DNA of 64,000 bases from contig JANHCV010000003.1 of NCBI GenBank assembly GCA_025594325.1, forward strand, positions 744,001 to 808,000, in the 5' to 3' direction. The translations under genes were made by a program, and so were the position numbers. The notes under the pieces are model-generated. The model did not search any database. It was not told the DNA's origin and worked only from the letters and a program-made list of their open reading frames with translations. Source of the stretch: Blastocladiella emersonii ATCC 22665. Its lineage: Eukaryota; Fungi; Blastocladiomycota. Within the stretch, counting starts at the first letter, position 1, and each line of letters starts with the position of its first letter. This document shows positions 34,960-48,390 of the stretch, piece after piece.

Positions 34960-36368
34960 ATGAAGACCGCCGCCATCTGCTCCAAGCACCAGTCGCTCCG
35001 CACGCGCAAGGTCGTTTCGGTCACGCCCGTCGTCGCCTCGGTCGCCGCCCCCGGGACCAAGAAGGTGACGCTCGCCCACGTCGCGGCCCTGCCCACGTCG
35101 CGGCCCTGCCCACGTCGACGGCCGCGACCCCGACCTCGACGACCACCAGCTCGTGCGCCAGCAACGACAAGACCACGGCCAAGTCGGTGACGTCGCCCCT
35201 CCACGGTGACGCTACCCTCAAGGCCAACACCCCCGCGCCCGCCTCGGACAAGAAGAAGACGAAGAACCAGCCCGGCAAGCTCAACTTCTCCACCTTCAAG
35301 CCCGTCACGGCGCGCCTCGCGGCGCTCGCTGCGAAGCTGGTCCTCGTCGCGCGGCCTAGTGGCAGCAAGGCGCGCGACGGTGGCAAGGACCCGCTTCAGC
35401 AGCAGCAGCCGCACCCCCAGGACAAGATCATCATCATCAAGGAGCAGCAGCAGCCGCAGCACCAGGAGGACGTGGCCGGCTCGGACCACGCCAAGTCGCG
35501 CCGCGACTCCGGCACCTGCGCTCAAGCTCAGCTCGTGGACCTCGAGGCCTCGGCTTCGGTCCACAGCTCGACGCTCAATCTCGAAGCCGGCCTCGGCGAG
35601 GACGTGGACGTGGCCACCGACGACGACCGGCAGCAGCAACAGGCCAGTAGCAGTGGCACTACGGCCGTCGCTGTGCTCGATCCCGTCGTCGTCGAGGACG
35701 CGGTCCCCATCGAGAACCAGACCCAGGTCGCCCAGGCCCAGGTCGTCCAGGTCGCCCAAGTGCCCGAACCCGAGCCCGTCTTCGAGTACTCGCCGGCCGT
35801 CGCTGCGGCGGCGCTGTACCGGGTCCTCGACGAGTACAACGCCCGCGGCGGCACCGAGCCGGTCGCGGCGGCCGCGGCCATGGTCGCGCACGGCTTCCAG
35901 ATCGAGTCGCCGCTCGGCATCGCGCCGTACGTGTGCGGCGACAACCAGCAGCGCGACGGTCGCAAGATGCCGCCCACCGTGCAGGGCCAGGTCATGGTCA
36001 CTGGCAGTAACCTGAAGCTCACCAAGTACGAGTACGCCGCGCGCGAGGCCGCGCCCGTCGTCATGCCGCGGCCCGTGCTCGACAATCAGGGCAAGGTGGT
36101 CAACGCATCGGCCATCGCGCGGCGCATTGTGACGGCCAACGCGTCGCTCGTCGAAGCTCTCCGCGCCGCCATCGGCGCGCTGCCTCGCGACGCGTTCGAG
36201 CGGCTCGATGCGCTCGAGCAGCTCGGCACCGAGTACCCGGCCCTCGCCAAGCTGTGCCTGTTCGTGGCGTTCCAGTGCATCGACGACTGTATCACGGTCA
36301 CCTTCGAGGCCGACCACTGCCGCGACGCGTGGGTCAAGGTCGGCATGTCCCGCATCCAGGCCATCTGA
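34960..36368 (+). pseudogene. Hypothetical gene frameshifted by a 17-bp tandem duplication (463 aa if one unit is removed)
   Basis: GCCCACGTCGCGGCCCT occurs at 35074..35090 and 35091..35107, with a partial third copy. The ATG frame stops at 35190; the downstream frame runs to 36368. Confidence 0.75.
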
Positions 36369-36723
36369 GCCCGCGGTTGCCGCGAGTTTCTTGACCGTTA
36401 TACCCCAGACGTGTTTTTACCTTGTGTCCTAAATCACGCACTCGTGCGTGATGATACCTCGTTTTCTCCAACATATAAGTTATCGTTTGTTTCGCACCTT
36501 GTTGGACTCCGACTGACTTGGATAAGCATGGAAGGGAACCGACTCTCGGTACGTCACGGTGGCGGTCATCGATGGCCATGACCAGTGACGCTCACGACTT
36601 CTTCGCGCAATGAGAAGCGTAATTGGATAAACGCTGACGCAACATACATTCTTCAAGTTCAAACTCGTTTTCTCACATCAGTGCTCAAGAACTCCGAAGT
36701 CGGCGAGGCGGCCACGTCGTTCG

Positions 36724-37827
36724 TCAAGGCGCGGACGGATCCGACTTTGAATGGTGCTCAGGCCGGTTGAGCATAAGGGCGGCGAACATGGCGCGGAGCT
36801 GCTTGTTGGGCTCATCGGGGCGCCGAATAAGCTCGACATAAGGCATCGAGCGTGCCCCGTAGCGGCGCACGCGTTCGAGACCCGGACTCGAGGCGAAAGC
36901 AGCCTCGCGAGCAGGATCGTCTGGAACGGATGTCGACATGTAACGGTCTTCCGCACCGCTTGCGGAACCGTTGTCTGAGTCGCCCTCGGGGCCGTCACTC
37001 GAGTCGCCCTCGAAACCGTCGTCTGAGTTGCCCTCCGAACATTCGTCCGAGTTGGTTTGGGAGCTGTCATCCAAGTCGCTCGCGGGATCGCCAACCGATT
37101 TGCCCTTGGAGCCGTCTAAGCCGCACTCGGAACCGTCATCCGAGTCGCTTTCGAAAGCACCGCATGGACCATACACGGGCTCTGGAAATTGCTCGCCGGG
37201 AAGCACGCGAGCGGTTTCATTGAGACCATATTCGTCGCGAAGCTGGATAAATTCATTACGAGCGATTTCGATGTCGGCGTCAAGCGAAGCCAGTTCGTCC
37301 GCTGAGAGCTCGAAGGGAGGGATCTCCACGCGCGACTCGACCCACCAAGGAGGAGGAAGATCATCATCATCATCAGAAGTCGACGCAGGGTCCGTTTGCT
37401 GGATGTCGGAGCCGGGCTCGGGAGCCGACGATTGGAGAGAATCCGGTTGCGCGAGAGGCAGGCGCAGCTGGGTGTTGAGGTCCGTCAGAGCTGAAGCGGT
37501 ATTGAGCAAGTCATCGTCGCCTTCGAGGATGTGCGCGCCGGAGTCGTGAACTTGCGCAAGAAGAAACTCCGATTGCTCCGGGGAACCGGGTCGCGACTCG
37601 ATTGGCTCCTCGTCGAAAGCCGGGGCAGCGGCCGTGGACACGATCGATTCGGTACCGCCGGCCTCGGGATTGAGCGTTTGGTCATGCTTCGAAGAAGGCG
37701 CGCCGACGGTCTCGGGCGGGTCGCTGCTCGGCGGGCGGTCGCGCTTGCGCGCGTTGGCCGGGTCGAGGCCCATGACATTCTCGGGACCCGTCAGGCTCGA
37801 TTGCATGAAGTCTTCATTCGCTGCCAT
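36724..37827 (-). CDS. Acidic low-complexity orphan protein (367 aa)
   Basis: Open frame from ATG 37827 (MAANEDF); D/E/S-rich, with EGDSSDGP/EGDSDNGS repeats. Confidence 0.55.
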   Translation of the reverse strand: MAANEDFMQSSLTGPENVMGLDPANARKRDRPPSSDPPETVGAPSSKHDQTLNPEAGGTESIVSTAAAPAFDEEPIESRPGSPEQSEFLLAQVHDSGAHILEGDDDLLNTASALTDLNTQLRLPLAQPDSLQSSAPEPGSDIQQTDPASTSDDDDDLPPPWWVESRVEIPPFELSADELASLDADIEIARNEFIQLRDEYGLNETARVLPGEQFPEPVYGPCGAFESDSDDGSECGLDGSKGKSVGDPASDLDDSSQTNSDECSEGNSDDGFEGDSSDGPEGDSDNGSASGAEDRYMSTSVPDDPAREAAFASSPGLERVRRYGARSMPYVELIRRPDEPNKQLRAMFAALMLNRPEHHSKSDPSAP

Positions 37828-38441
37828 TGCGTTGGATGCTGCTACGTGGGAGCGAGGGCTGGCCGCGGAACGCCACCGAGGTGAGCGACGCGGTGGAGCT
37901 GACTCACCCCCACAACTCACCCGTGGGCCCACGTCCACGCCTTTCTTTCAGCTCGCCCACTCCCGCTCCTCCTCATGCCCACAAAAAAATGAGTCGAAGC
38001 TTGTCGTTGAAGGGACGCGTCAGCTTCACAAAGAGCTCGATCCTTCACGGCCGCTTCCAACGGTCCTGCTCGAGAGGACCCCGTTCCCATCGCTCGAACG
38101 AACACTCTCGTTCTCCGCTTCCTTAAGTCCCTTGTCGACTGGGAAGAGCGATCAACTAGGACTTCACCATGACCGACGACTTGCTCCAAAGCGAGATGAC
38201 CGAGGCCGAAGGCGGGGAGGGCGGTGAGCTTCGCGTCGTGTGGCGCAACGCGATCAGATCAAGTGGCGCAACGCCAGCCGAGTCGCGGTCGCGGGAGAAC
38301 AACTGTCGGGCCGGCTCGAAGGGTCGTGGAGCTTTTCAGCGAAAGGCACAACAATGGTGAAAAACGGCATGGCTTCTATTACCATGCCAGAGGGACGCGC
38401 GACAATCAAACGATCTCGCGCGGCGTCGCGCACCTGCTCGT

Positions 38442-41400
38442 CTACTCGGCGGTACCCTCCGCGTCCGTCTCCGAGATGACTACACGCGGGACGAGCGAGC
38501 GAGTCAGCGATCACGATCAGGACACGAGGCGACACGAGGGGTGAACACGTACGGCGCAGGAAGACCTCCTCGAGACTCGTCTGCGAGAGCCCCCAGTCCT
38601 CGATGTTCCACTCCTTGGCCTTGTTCTGCATCGTGTCGAAGATGCGGGCAATGGAGCCGGGCGTGGGCATGAACTCGATGGTCTTGGTAGCGGCAAACGA
38701 GTCGGCAATCTTGGCGTCGGGAGGAAGCAGCGCGAGGACTCGCTCCGTCGCCGCGGCCATGTGCTGCGGCTGCGTGATGTACGTGAGCTTGAAACCGCTG
38801 CCGTACTTTTCCTTGAGGCGCAGCTGGTTGCCGATGCAGCGCATGGTGCCCTTGGCCATAATCCCGAGGCGGGAGCAGAGAACCTAGACGTTCGAAGGGC
38901 GGGTAAGACCCGTTAGCTTCCCGGGCGCGTTCCGGACCCAAAGAGGGTCTCGATCATGCAGAAAAAAACACGGAAATACCTCGACCTCCTCCATACTATG
39001 GGAAGTGATCACGATGGTCTTGCCCTTGCGCGCCTCGAGGATTATCGTCCAAATGATTCGCCGCACTGAGCGTAAAACGGACCGAAGACAGTTAGATACG
39101 ACCCAGAAGTGTCCCTAGCCAAGCGGCGAAGCAGATCGGCCAGGTGGCAAGTCGTAGAGGCGTACCAAGCACGTCGAGACCTAGACGAGTTCACCGCGCG
39201 TCGATTAGTTTTCGTTCGTGCGTTTCAGCGGCTTGCGCGAGTGCAGCAAATCGTACCAGTAGTGGGCTCGTCGAGGAACACGACCTTGGGGTCGCCGGTC
39301 AGGGCGATGGCAATCGAGAGGCGACGCTTCTCGCCGCCCGAGAGACCCTTGCTGAGGCGGTTTTCGAAGGCCTGAAGCTTGACGGAGGCGAGCGCGCGGT
39401 CCTTGGCCTCGTTCTCCTGCGACGGCGGGATACCCTTGAGGCGGGCGTAGAACAGGAGGTGCTCGCCGACCGTGAGGTCGTCCCACAGGATGTCGTGCTA
39501 CACGGATCGGACAGTCAGCCTCCGTTGCACAGCAGAGAAGGTGCGAGACAGCGTACCTGGGGGCAGATACCCGTGATGCGGTACACATCGTCGCGCTGCG
39601 TCGCAATGTCGAAGCCGCCGAGCTTGGCCTCGCCGAGCGTCTAGACGTTCTCGTGGTGAGTGACCTGGACGGTTGGTTGATCGAGCCCAAGCGCACGTAC
39701 CGGCTCGTAGACACCCGTGAGAATCGAGATCAAACTCGTCTTGCCGGCGCCGTTGGCTAAGGGACGAATCGTTAGTCTGGTGCGAGGATGTGAGAGAATT
39801 CGGGTGTAACGTACGTCCGAGGAGACCAAACACCTCGCCCTCTTCGGCGACGAACGTCACGTCCTTGACGGCGACCTTGTTGGTGCCCGAGTAGATCTTG
39901 CGCATGTGGCGGATGATGAGCGGGGCCTCCTGCGGGAACCGGTTCTCGTCCACGCGGGCGCGCTCGGCGCGCACGTCGTCGTCCTCGAACTGCGTCTCGT
40001 TCTCGTTCACGGCGACCACGTACTACAGTGCGTGCACGCGGGACGTCAGTGCATGTGCGCAGGATGACCCGCACGCACGCTCGAAAAATCGTACGTTCTG
40101 GCGGTCGAGCTCGGCCTGCTTCTGCTTCTTGCCCGAGAACCGCTCGTACGCCTCGACGAAGATGAAGTTCCACCGCTTGCTCACGCCGTACTTGGACTTG
40201 AGGACCTGCGACAGGTACCACGCGAGGAGCAGGTACACGAACACCTCGACGATCATGAACACGAGGCACCGGAGCACCTCGTCACCGCCGCGGAGCATCG
40301 AGACCGTGTACGGAACGAGCGACTTGTTGAACGTGGCGCGGTTGATGAGCGAGAGCGCGCGGTAGAAGGCGAAGGCCGGCCAGATCAGGTACGCGGCCGG
40401 CGCCTGGTCCGTGATCAGGTTGTCGGTCGACGTGTTGACGATGACGGCCAGGAGAACAAACAGGAACGAGACGACGAGGGCGTTGCGGCTGTTGGAGAAG
40501 AACGCCGCGAGGAAGAACGCGAGCGCGATCTGGACGAATCCCCACACGATGAACAGTATGATGAGGACACCCGGGTCGGTCATGGTGAAGAACTCGAGCT
40601 TGAAGATGTAGCCCGACGCGAGGAACACGATACTCGAGAGGAGGTGGAGGAAGTAGAAGTGCGTCGCGTGGGCCAGGTAGTAGGTGCTTGACTTGAGCCC
40701 GTTCATGACCATCATGACCTGGATCCGATCCTACACATGTGCACAGAGGCGAATAGAGGTGGGAGGGAGAGAGGAGAAAAAAAATGAGGAAGGGGGTGGG
40801 ATACACCGCGTCAGTCGCCGCGAACTCGGCGGAGACGGCGCGAATCGTCACGTACCTCCTTCTCCTTGACGAGGGTGATGATAAAGATAGGCAAAAGGAA
40901 GGAGATCCCGAACGGGTATAAAATACGGCCGATAAATGAGCCGATAGGGAGCGAGACGGCCGTGGAGATGAAGGACGGGAACGCGCGGAGGCCCTGGACG
41001 ACCGAGCTGCCAGGGGCGGCCGTGTCGAGGATGGCGTTGGTGATCATCGAGTTGAGGATGAACCGGCGGAACCCCTGGGCGGGGAACGAGGCGGCGCGGG
41101 CGATGCGGCGGTCGGCGCCGATCTGCAGCGTGTACGAGTAGTTGCCGTTGGCCTTGTCGAAGTTGCGGTACAGCACGGCGCCCCACGGGACGCGCGTGAT
41201 GATGGAGGCGATGCTGATCTGGTACTTGAACAGCTGCACCTGGTCGGGCGTCTGCGAGAGGATCGCCTGCTTGTTGACGCCGCTCAGCGCGGCCAGCGTG
41301 TCCTTGATGATGCGCACGAGCTCCTTGTCGATGGACTCCTCGGTCGACCTGTCCTCGGCGCGCTGCTTGGCGAAGAAGGGCACGGGCTGCAGGCCCGGGA

Positions 41401-42936
41401 TGCTGATGTCGAGCGACGCGCTCGTCGACGACGACGTGATGTTGGTGTAGAGGCGGGTCGGGAACTTGCCGAGGAACCCGGCGCTCGACGCGTTGACGAG
41501 CTGCAGCGCGTTGCCGGCGTTGGCCAGCGTCACGAGCTCGGTGCGGTTCTTGTCGCCGAGATCGACGCCGCGGGGCTGGTGCACGATGGCCCACGGGAAC
41601 TGCTGCGCGCCGGCGACGGGGATGGCGAGGGCCGGGATCGTCACGGCGAGCGGGTTGAGCCACCCGTACTTGGGGTCCGGCTGGTACACGCTGGCCTGGC
41701 GCGCAATGGCGCGGGCGATCTGGCCCTGCGCCGTCGACGCGTTGAACAGCGACGTGAAGGGCGGCACCATGTTGAGGAACGGGTCGCGCTCGTAGACGGG
41801 CGACGTGTCGTAGGTCGGCGACGTCCACACGACGCAGGGTGCCGTCGCGCCGCCCGACGGCGGGCCGCCCGTATTGAGGGCGACGGGCGTCACGAGGAAG
41901 TTGGTGAGCTGCACCTTGACGCCGGCCGTGGCGCCGGGCACCTTGGACCCGTCGACGGTCGGGAAGCCCTTGGTCAGGGGCGTGTTGGTGGTCGCGTTCA
42001 TGGCGTCGGCGTTCGAGCACGCCACGTACTGCTGGACCTCGGACGACGAGGCGACCAGGTTGGTGAGCACGACGGCGAGGAGCGCACTGAGTGCGACCAT
42101 GAGGAAGGGGCATGCCGAGACACTACACGAGCGGGCGAGGTGAGTTCTCGTCGCGGTGCGACCCGAGTCAGCTGCGCGCGAGGACCGTACCAGCAAAAGT
42201 TGGTCACCCGCTGGCGCTTCTGGTACGAGATGGTCTTGCGGACCTACACGCGCACGAACAATAACGGTCAGCATGGAGATCAGCAGCGGGATCAGGCAGC
42301 GGGGAGCCAGCGAGCTGGGTCGGTTTGCACGAAGCGGGTCGCGTCGCGCCACACCGGCCTTCCGATCCTGAGCGCGCGTGCCGGGCCCTGAAAATGTGCC
42401 CAATGTCTCCCACCCATACCGGGCACAAGAAACGGAGGCAATGCGCGCGCGCTGATAATCCACACGAGGACACGTACGAGGGCGCGGACCTGATACGACT
42501 TGCGCTCGTCGCCCGAGGCCGGCGTCGGCGTGAAGGACGCCGTGGGCGCCACGTCGACGGCGTGGTGCTGCTGCGGCTGAGCCGTACCGGCGGCACCCGC
42601 TGGTGGCGGTGCTGCCGCCGAGGCGGCCGGGGGCTGCGGATCCATGAGCGGGACGTGCTCGGGATGCGGCGACGAGGTGGTGGTGGTGTGCGGGTGCGGG
42701 TCGCCGTGGAGCGAGTCGAGGATGCGCGGGCGGGCGCGAGACGGCGACGCGGTGGGGGAGGCGTCCGATTCCTGGACTTGCCCGACGTTGAGCGGGATGA
42801 AGTCGGCGTCGCGGGTAGTGGCGGCGGCGGCGGCCGTGTCGGAGAGAAGAGGCCGAGTGGCGGCGGAAGGGTCGTCGATGAGGACCGAGTGTGCCGGAGG
42901 GCTTACTTCAGCCTTTGCTCGGGAGGAAGAGTCCAT
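38442..42936 (-). CDS. ABCA-family half transporter (TM + ectodomain + TMs + single NBD), many introns
   Basis: Walker A GLLG|PNGAGKT, signature LSGGEKRRLSIAIAL, Walker B VFLDEPTTG, H-loop TSHSMEE, C-terminal LSQTSLEEVFL; N-terminal RKTISYQKRQ. Only one NBD between start and stop. Confidence 0.9.
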
Positions 42937-43771
42937 GGCCAAGGCCTGGCAGCGAGCGTCGGCGGGTGAGGGAGGGGAGGGTTGCCCGGGACCGGGTGTG
43001 GCGGAGGCGGAGGCGGCGCCTACTCAGCGAACGTGCCGTGTCATATCATGTGTCAGTGCGATACATTTTCCGGCTGAGGCCATGATTGGGGGCCGTGGTC
43101 AACATTCGCGACCCGCCCGATCCGGCGGAAAATCGCGGCCGAGGCCGAGGCCGCGGTGCGCGCGCCCGCCACCTCATCTCGGCGGCGAACAGCAGCAACC
43201 CTAGGCCCTCGATCCCTCCCTCCTCTCGCCGCAAATTCGGTCGGGGGACTGGACGCACTCTTAGCGCTCGCGTCGAGCAACGTGTTCCGAAGAGGCCTTG
43301 GCGGCGGACCGAGAGGAAGTTGTGAGCGTACAGGTCGAGGGTCGAGACGACGGTCACCGTGCGGTCTGTGGGCGGCGCAGAGCTGGCCGGGAGATGCGCG
43401 ACGACGTTGTGCAACAAGTACGAGGCCCGGACACGGGTGTACAGGCCGACTTCTGGGGGGCTTTCAGGACTCTCCTCTGCGGGGGCTGCCCTGTCCGTCT
43501 CGCAGCGGCGCGTCGTTTATCCCGCCGATCGCCTCGGCCACCTGCCTGAGCGCCGAGGCCCTGCGACGTGACGCTGACTGAGGCTGGCACTCTGCGAGGG
43601 CGCCGACCATCGAGTGTTCACGTAGAGTTTGCGGGCCCTCACTTATTCGGCGGCTCTGCTCGATCCGCTCCGTGTCTCGCGCTTTGTCTCGCACCGCGCC
43701 GCCGTCACATGATAACCGACGCGTCGCTCTTCGCGTCGCCGCTTCGCCACACACACCCACGAACCATGTAA

Positions 43772-45107
43772 ATGCACGCCATGTCGGCCCTCGCACCTGA
43801 TGCAATCGGAACGCCGAGCCGGCGCAACTCGATCGCCCCGCCCGCGCCGCTGCTCGGTGGTGGCGGGGATAGCCTCGCGAGCGATGGCGGCAACGGTGGC
43901 GGGGATCCGCTCAACGACGGGCTGACGCTGCCGCAACTGCCCACGCTGTCCGTCCTCGAGGTCGAGTCGCAGCCCGCCGAAGAGTCGCCGTCCGACATTA
44001 TCGACATTCTAATCGCGCACTTGACGCCGAACAGTGCGTCGCATTCTCGCTCGCATCCGCGTCGATCCACCAACACTCACACATGTGTGTAGAGGACAAG
44101 GCCGCGGCGAAAGACCCGCAAGCCGAAGCGTACCTGGCCGCGTGCAAAGTCTACTCGACGATCCCCGTGTCGTGCCTGACCAAGTCGCTGAACCTGACGA
44201 CCATCTCGCTGCGCAACCGCGGGCTCGGGTCGAGTGGCGCCGTCGCGCTCGCCCACGTCCTGAAATCCAACCGCACCGTCACCTCGCTCGACCTGACGGG
44301 CAACGCCATGGGCCCGGCGGGGGGCGTCGCCATGGGCGACATGCTAACGTGCAACATCACGATCCGCGACCTCGTCCTCACCGACAACCTGCTCGGCAGC
44401 GTCGGCGGCCAGGCCGTCGCCGACGGCGTCGTCGATAACGTCACGCTCAAGTCCCTCGGCATGCGCAGGAACAAGCTCGGCGACAGCGAGGCCCGCGCGT
44501 TCGCCCGCTCGCTCGCGGCGAACCGCACGCTCACCGCACTCGACCTCGGGCATAACCTGATCGGCAACGTCGGCGCGTGCGAAGTACATTCACACTGCGC
44601 TGCTCACCGTCTCGCCGGTACTCACTCTCCGTCGTGTAGCTCGGCGCGAGCCTGGTCGCCAACGACGTGATCCGCGAGCTGGACCTCGAGTGGAACACGC
44701 TGGGGATCAAGGGCCTGAGCGCGTTCCTGAACGCGGCCAAGGACTCGACGTCGCTGACGCGGATCAGCCTGTCGCACAACGGGCTGGGCGAGACGGGCGG
44801 GCCCGCGGTCGCGGCGTTCCTGGCCAAGAACAACTCGGTGACGACGCTCGACATGGCGCACTGCCGGCTCACGGACGCGGCGCTGCCGCAGCTCGTCAAG
44901 GCGCTCGACTCGACCTACACGCTGCGCGAGCTCAACATCGCACACAACCTGTTCTCGGACGCGGGCGTCGCGCAGATCCTCAAGGCGCTCATTGCCAACA
45001 ACTCGCTCAAGCGGCTCGACATTTCGGGCATGAAGATGACCACCGTGACGCGCGCCGTGCTCAAGGACGTGCGCGACGAGAAGGCCGGCGTCACCATCGT
45101 CGAGTAG
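43772..45107 (+). CDS. RNI-like LRR protein, LRRC74-like (2 introns)
   Basis: EAYLAACKVYSTIPVS...ISLRNRGLGSSGAVALAHVLKSNRTVTSLDLTGN, followed by 28-aa LRRs. Confidence 0.8.
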
Positions 45108-45197
45108 CGAGCGGCAGGAGATGCAAAAAACAACATGATATTAAACTTTCAAATCCCATACTTCACCATCATCATCAGCGACTCGGGACGCGGTCAC

Positions 45198-48100
45198 CTA
45201 ACCGCGGCGCGGGCGCCAGGCACCGCCGCTCGACGCAGCGGGCGGGGGCGTACCAGCGCCGCCGGCGGCGGGACTGTCACCGCCGCGGCGCCAGCCGGAG
45301 GCACCCTCGGCGCGGGGCGCGGGCGCCGCGCCGCCGGACGGGGTCCACGCGCCAGTGGGACGACCAGCCGCGGGAGCGGGGCCAGCACCGGACGCGGCGC
45401 GACCGGCACCCGGGGTCCACGCGCCGCCGCGAGCGGGCGGGGCAGCACCAGCGGCGGGGCTGTCGGTGCGGCGAGCACCGGGGGTCCACGCGCCACCGCG
45501 CGCGGGCTCGGCGGCGGCCGCGGGACGGGCGCCCCAGGCGGGGGCAGCCGAGCCGGAGCCCGAGCCGGGGGTCCACTTGGCGGGGCCGGCAGCAGCCGCG
45601 GGGGCGTCGCCGCGGCGGGACGGGGGAGCCCAGGCGCCGGAGCGGCCAGCCGCGGGGGCGGCGTTGCGGACGGCGGGCGAGGCGGACCGGTCGCGGTTCT
45701 CCTCCTCGGGGTAGTCCTCCTCGTCCTCGTTGTCGGAGCGGAAGAACTCGTCGTCGAGCCCCTCGTCGTCGTCGAGGCCCTCGCGCTCGGCGGCGAGCGC
45801 CTCCTCGAGGCGGCGCTTGCGGTCGGCCTCCTCGGCCTCCTTCTTGGCGGCGATCTTCTTGGCGATGAAGGCGCGGGCGGCGTCGCGGCGCTCGGCCTTG
45901 GCGGCGGCGAGCTTGGCGGCGGCCTCCTCCTTCTGGGCCTCGTGCTGGGCAATGGCGACGGACGCGACCTTGGTGCGGTACTCGTTGTAGTCGTCCATCA
46001 TGGGGAGCACGCGGTGCTTGATGGCGACGGCGGTCGCGTGGCGCTCCTTGGCCTCCTCGACCGTCTGCTTGCGGGCCTCGTCAAAGGCGGCGCGGTCGGC
46101 GATCTTCTGCTCCTCGTGGGCCTTGTGCAGGAGCGGGATCTCCTCCTTGCGCATGGCGCGCTCAAAGTAGTCCATGCGCTTGGTCTGCACGTTCATCTTG
46201 GCCTCGATCTCCTCGCGCTCCTTGCGCACCTGCTCGGCCTGGAGGGCGAAGATGGCCGTCGTGTCCATCTTGTCGAGGTCCTCGTCGGCGATGGTGACGC
46301 CCGACTTGGCCTTGAGCGCCTCGGCGATGCGGCGCGCCTCCTGCTTGCGGATCACCTCCTTCTCGGCCTCGAGGCGCTCGAGCTCGCGGCGCTTGGCGTC
46401 CTCGGCCATCTTCTTCTGCAGCGCCTCGCGCTCCTCCTGCGCCTTGCGCGCGCGCTCCTTGGCCTCCTCGGCCGCCTTGCGCTGCGCCGCCTGCTCCTGC
46501 GCAATCTTCTTCTGCTCCAGCACCGCCTGGCGCGCCAGCGCCGCCTGGTGCTCCTCTTCGACGTGCTCGCGCGCGCGCTGGAAGATGGTGTGCTTCTCCT
46601 CCTCAATGTACTTGGCGTACAGGGGGAGGCGGAACAGGGACTGCAGGTCGGGCGTCTCGGCCTCGGCGGCAAACTCGAGCGACTGCGTCAGGTAGTTGAG
46701 CGTCACGGCGAACTCGTTCTTCTGGTTACCGCGCAGGACCGCCGCCTCGAGCGTGAACATGTCGGTGGGCGCCGACTCGGACACGGACGTCAGCTCGATG
46801 ATGGTCTCGAACGAGATGGTCGAGTAGAGCGACGAGACCGACTGGAGGACCTTGGCGAGCGTGACCTGGCGCAGGTGCGGCACGTACTTGGCGAACTCGG
46901 GCTCGGCCTCGAGCTGCGCGAGCAGCGGGCGCACGGCCTCGGCGACGGTGAGCGGGTGGAACGCGGGCTCGAGGGCCTCGTACAGGTCGCGGACGACGGC
47001 GGGCAGACGGGCGAGGACCGACTTGGTGGCGGACCCGAGGAGCGACGCGCGGTCGGGGATGACGGCGAGGCCGAGCATCTGGGTGAGGCGCTGCTTGCGG
47101 TTGAAGCGGTGGTGGGCCTCGGGGTCGACCACGTCGGCGAAGACGGGGGCGGCGAGCGCCGACAGGACCACGTGGCCGGCGACCGTCTGGTGCTCGGCGT
47201 CCGACAGGGACTGGGCGCCCTTGATGCCGGCGACCCAGCCGTGGTACATGTTCCAGGCGGCGGCCTGGAACAGGCGGTCCTCGGACACGGCGAAGATGCG
47301 GGTCATCTTCTCGTAGTACTGGGCGACCATCTGCATCATCTTGGCGCCGTGGCGCTTGTGCGAGAAGAGGGCGGCGGGGAGGAGGCCGGCCATGGGCTGC
47401 GGGTTGTTGGGGTTGCTGGGCGCGATGAGGTTGCCGGCCATGACGAGCAGCTGGTAAATGTCCTCGGCCGAGCGGAACGACTCCTGCCACAGCTCCATGT
47501 CGTTGGCCGTCTGCAGCTGCAGGAAGCGCGTGTCGAGGAACCGCTGCAGGACCTCGGGGTCCGACAGGTTGATGCCGTTGTGCTGGCTGGCCTGGCGCGG
47601 CAGGTTGGCGAGGTGCGTGCGCAGCGTCTCGCACAGGCGGCGGAACTCGTTCTTGCGCGCGTTGATCTTGCAAAAGGCAAACGCCTGGGCCACCGTCTGC
47701 TGGTACAGCAGCTCGAGCCGCGCGTTGTTGCGCAGCACGTCGAGCACCGTGCGGTATGCGTCCCACAGGAACTTGAGGCGGGGCGTCACCTCGTCGCGCT
47801 CGCGGCGCGCGGGCTTGGTGCCCGTGGCGAGCGCCGTCGCGAGATCGGCCGCGCCGTCGTCGAGCGCGTTGATCATGGTCGCGTACACCGACTCGAACGT
47901 GTCGGCGGCCTCGAGGTCATCCACCTCCTCGTCGGCGGCGGCGGCCGCGGCAGCGACCTTGGCGGCCTTGGCCTCCTTGGCGTCCTTGAGCTTGATCTCC
48001 GAGTACTCGAGGAAGCGGCGCACGACGCGCTCGACCGAGCCGACCGACGTGTTCTGGGCCAGGTTCTTGAACGAGTGCAGGGCCTCGCGCGCCGACAGGC

Positions 48101-48390
48101 CGCGGTTCAGGTCGACGGCGAGCTCGATGAAGCGCAGGGCGAGGGGCTCGACCGACGCGATCGGCGCACCGCGCGTGCGGCGCGACTTGAGCGTGTCCTC
48201 GAGCACATGGAGGGCCTCGACCGATGCGTTGACGGCGACGAGCTCTGTTTTCGGGGCAAGTTTCGTCAGGCTCCATGTTCGAGGGAGAGGCCCGATCTGA
48301 TCGGATCACGGGCCCCGAAGCTAAAGTCGGCGACGACGCACCCTCGGCACGCTGGAGCGCGTTCTCCGGCTTAATGTACATGGGCCGCAT
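45198..48390 (-). CDS. TIF32: Translation initiation factor eIF3 subunit a (intron 48245..48341)
   Basis: MRPMYIKPENALQRAE|EL, LKFLWDAYRTVLDVLRNNARLE, EFRRLCETLRTHL, FLQLQTANDMELWQESFRSAEDI; PCI domain and charged coiled coil. Confidence 0.97.

Noticed and set aside
45135-48374. 1079-aa plus-strand ORF
   Set aside because: Antisense shadow of eIF3a caused by GC3 bias.
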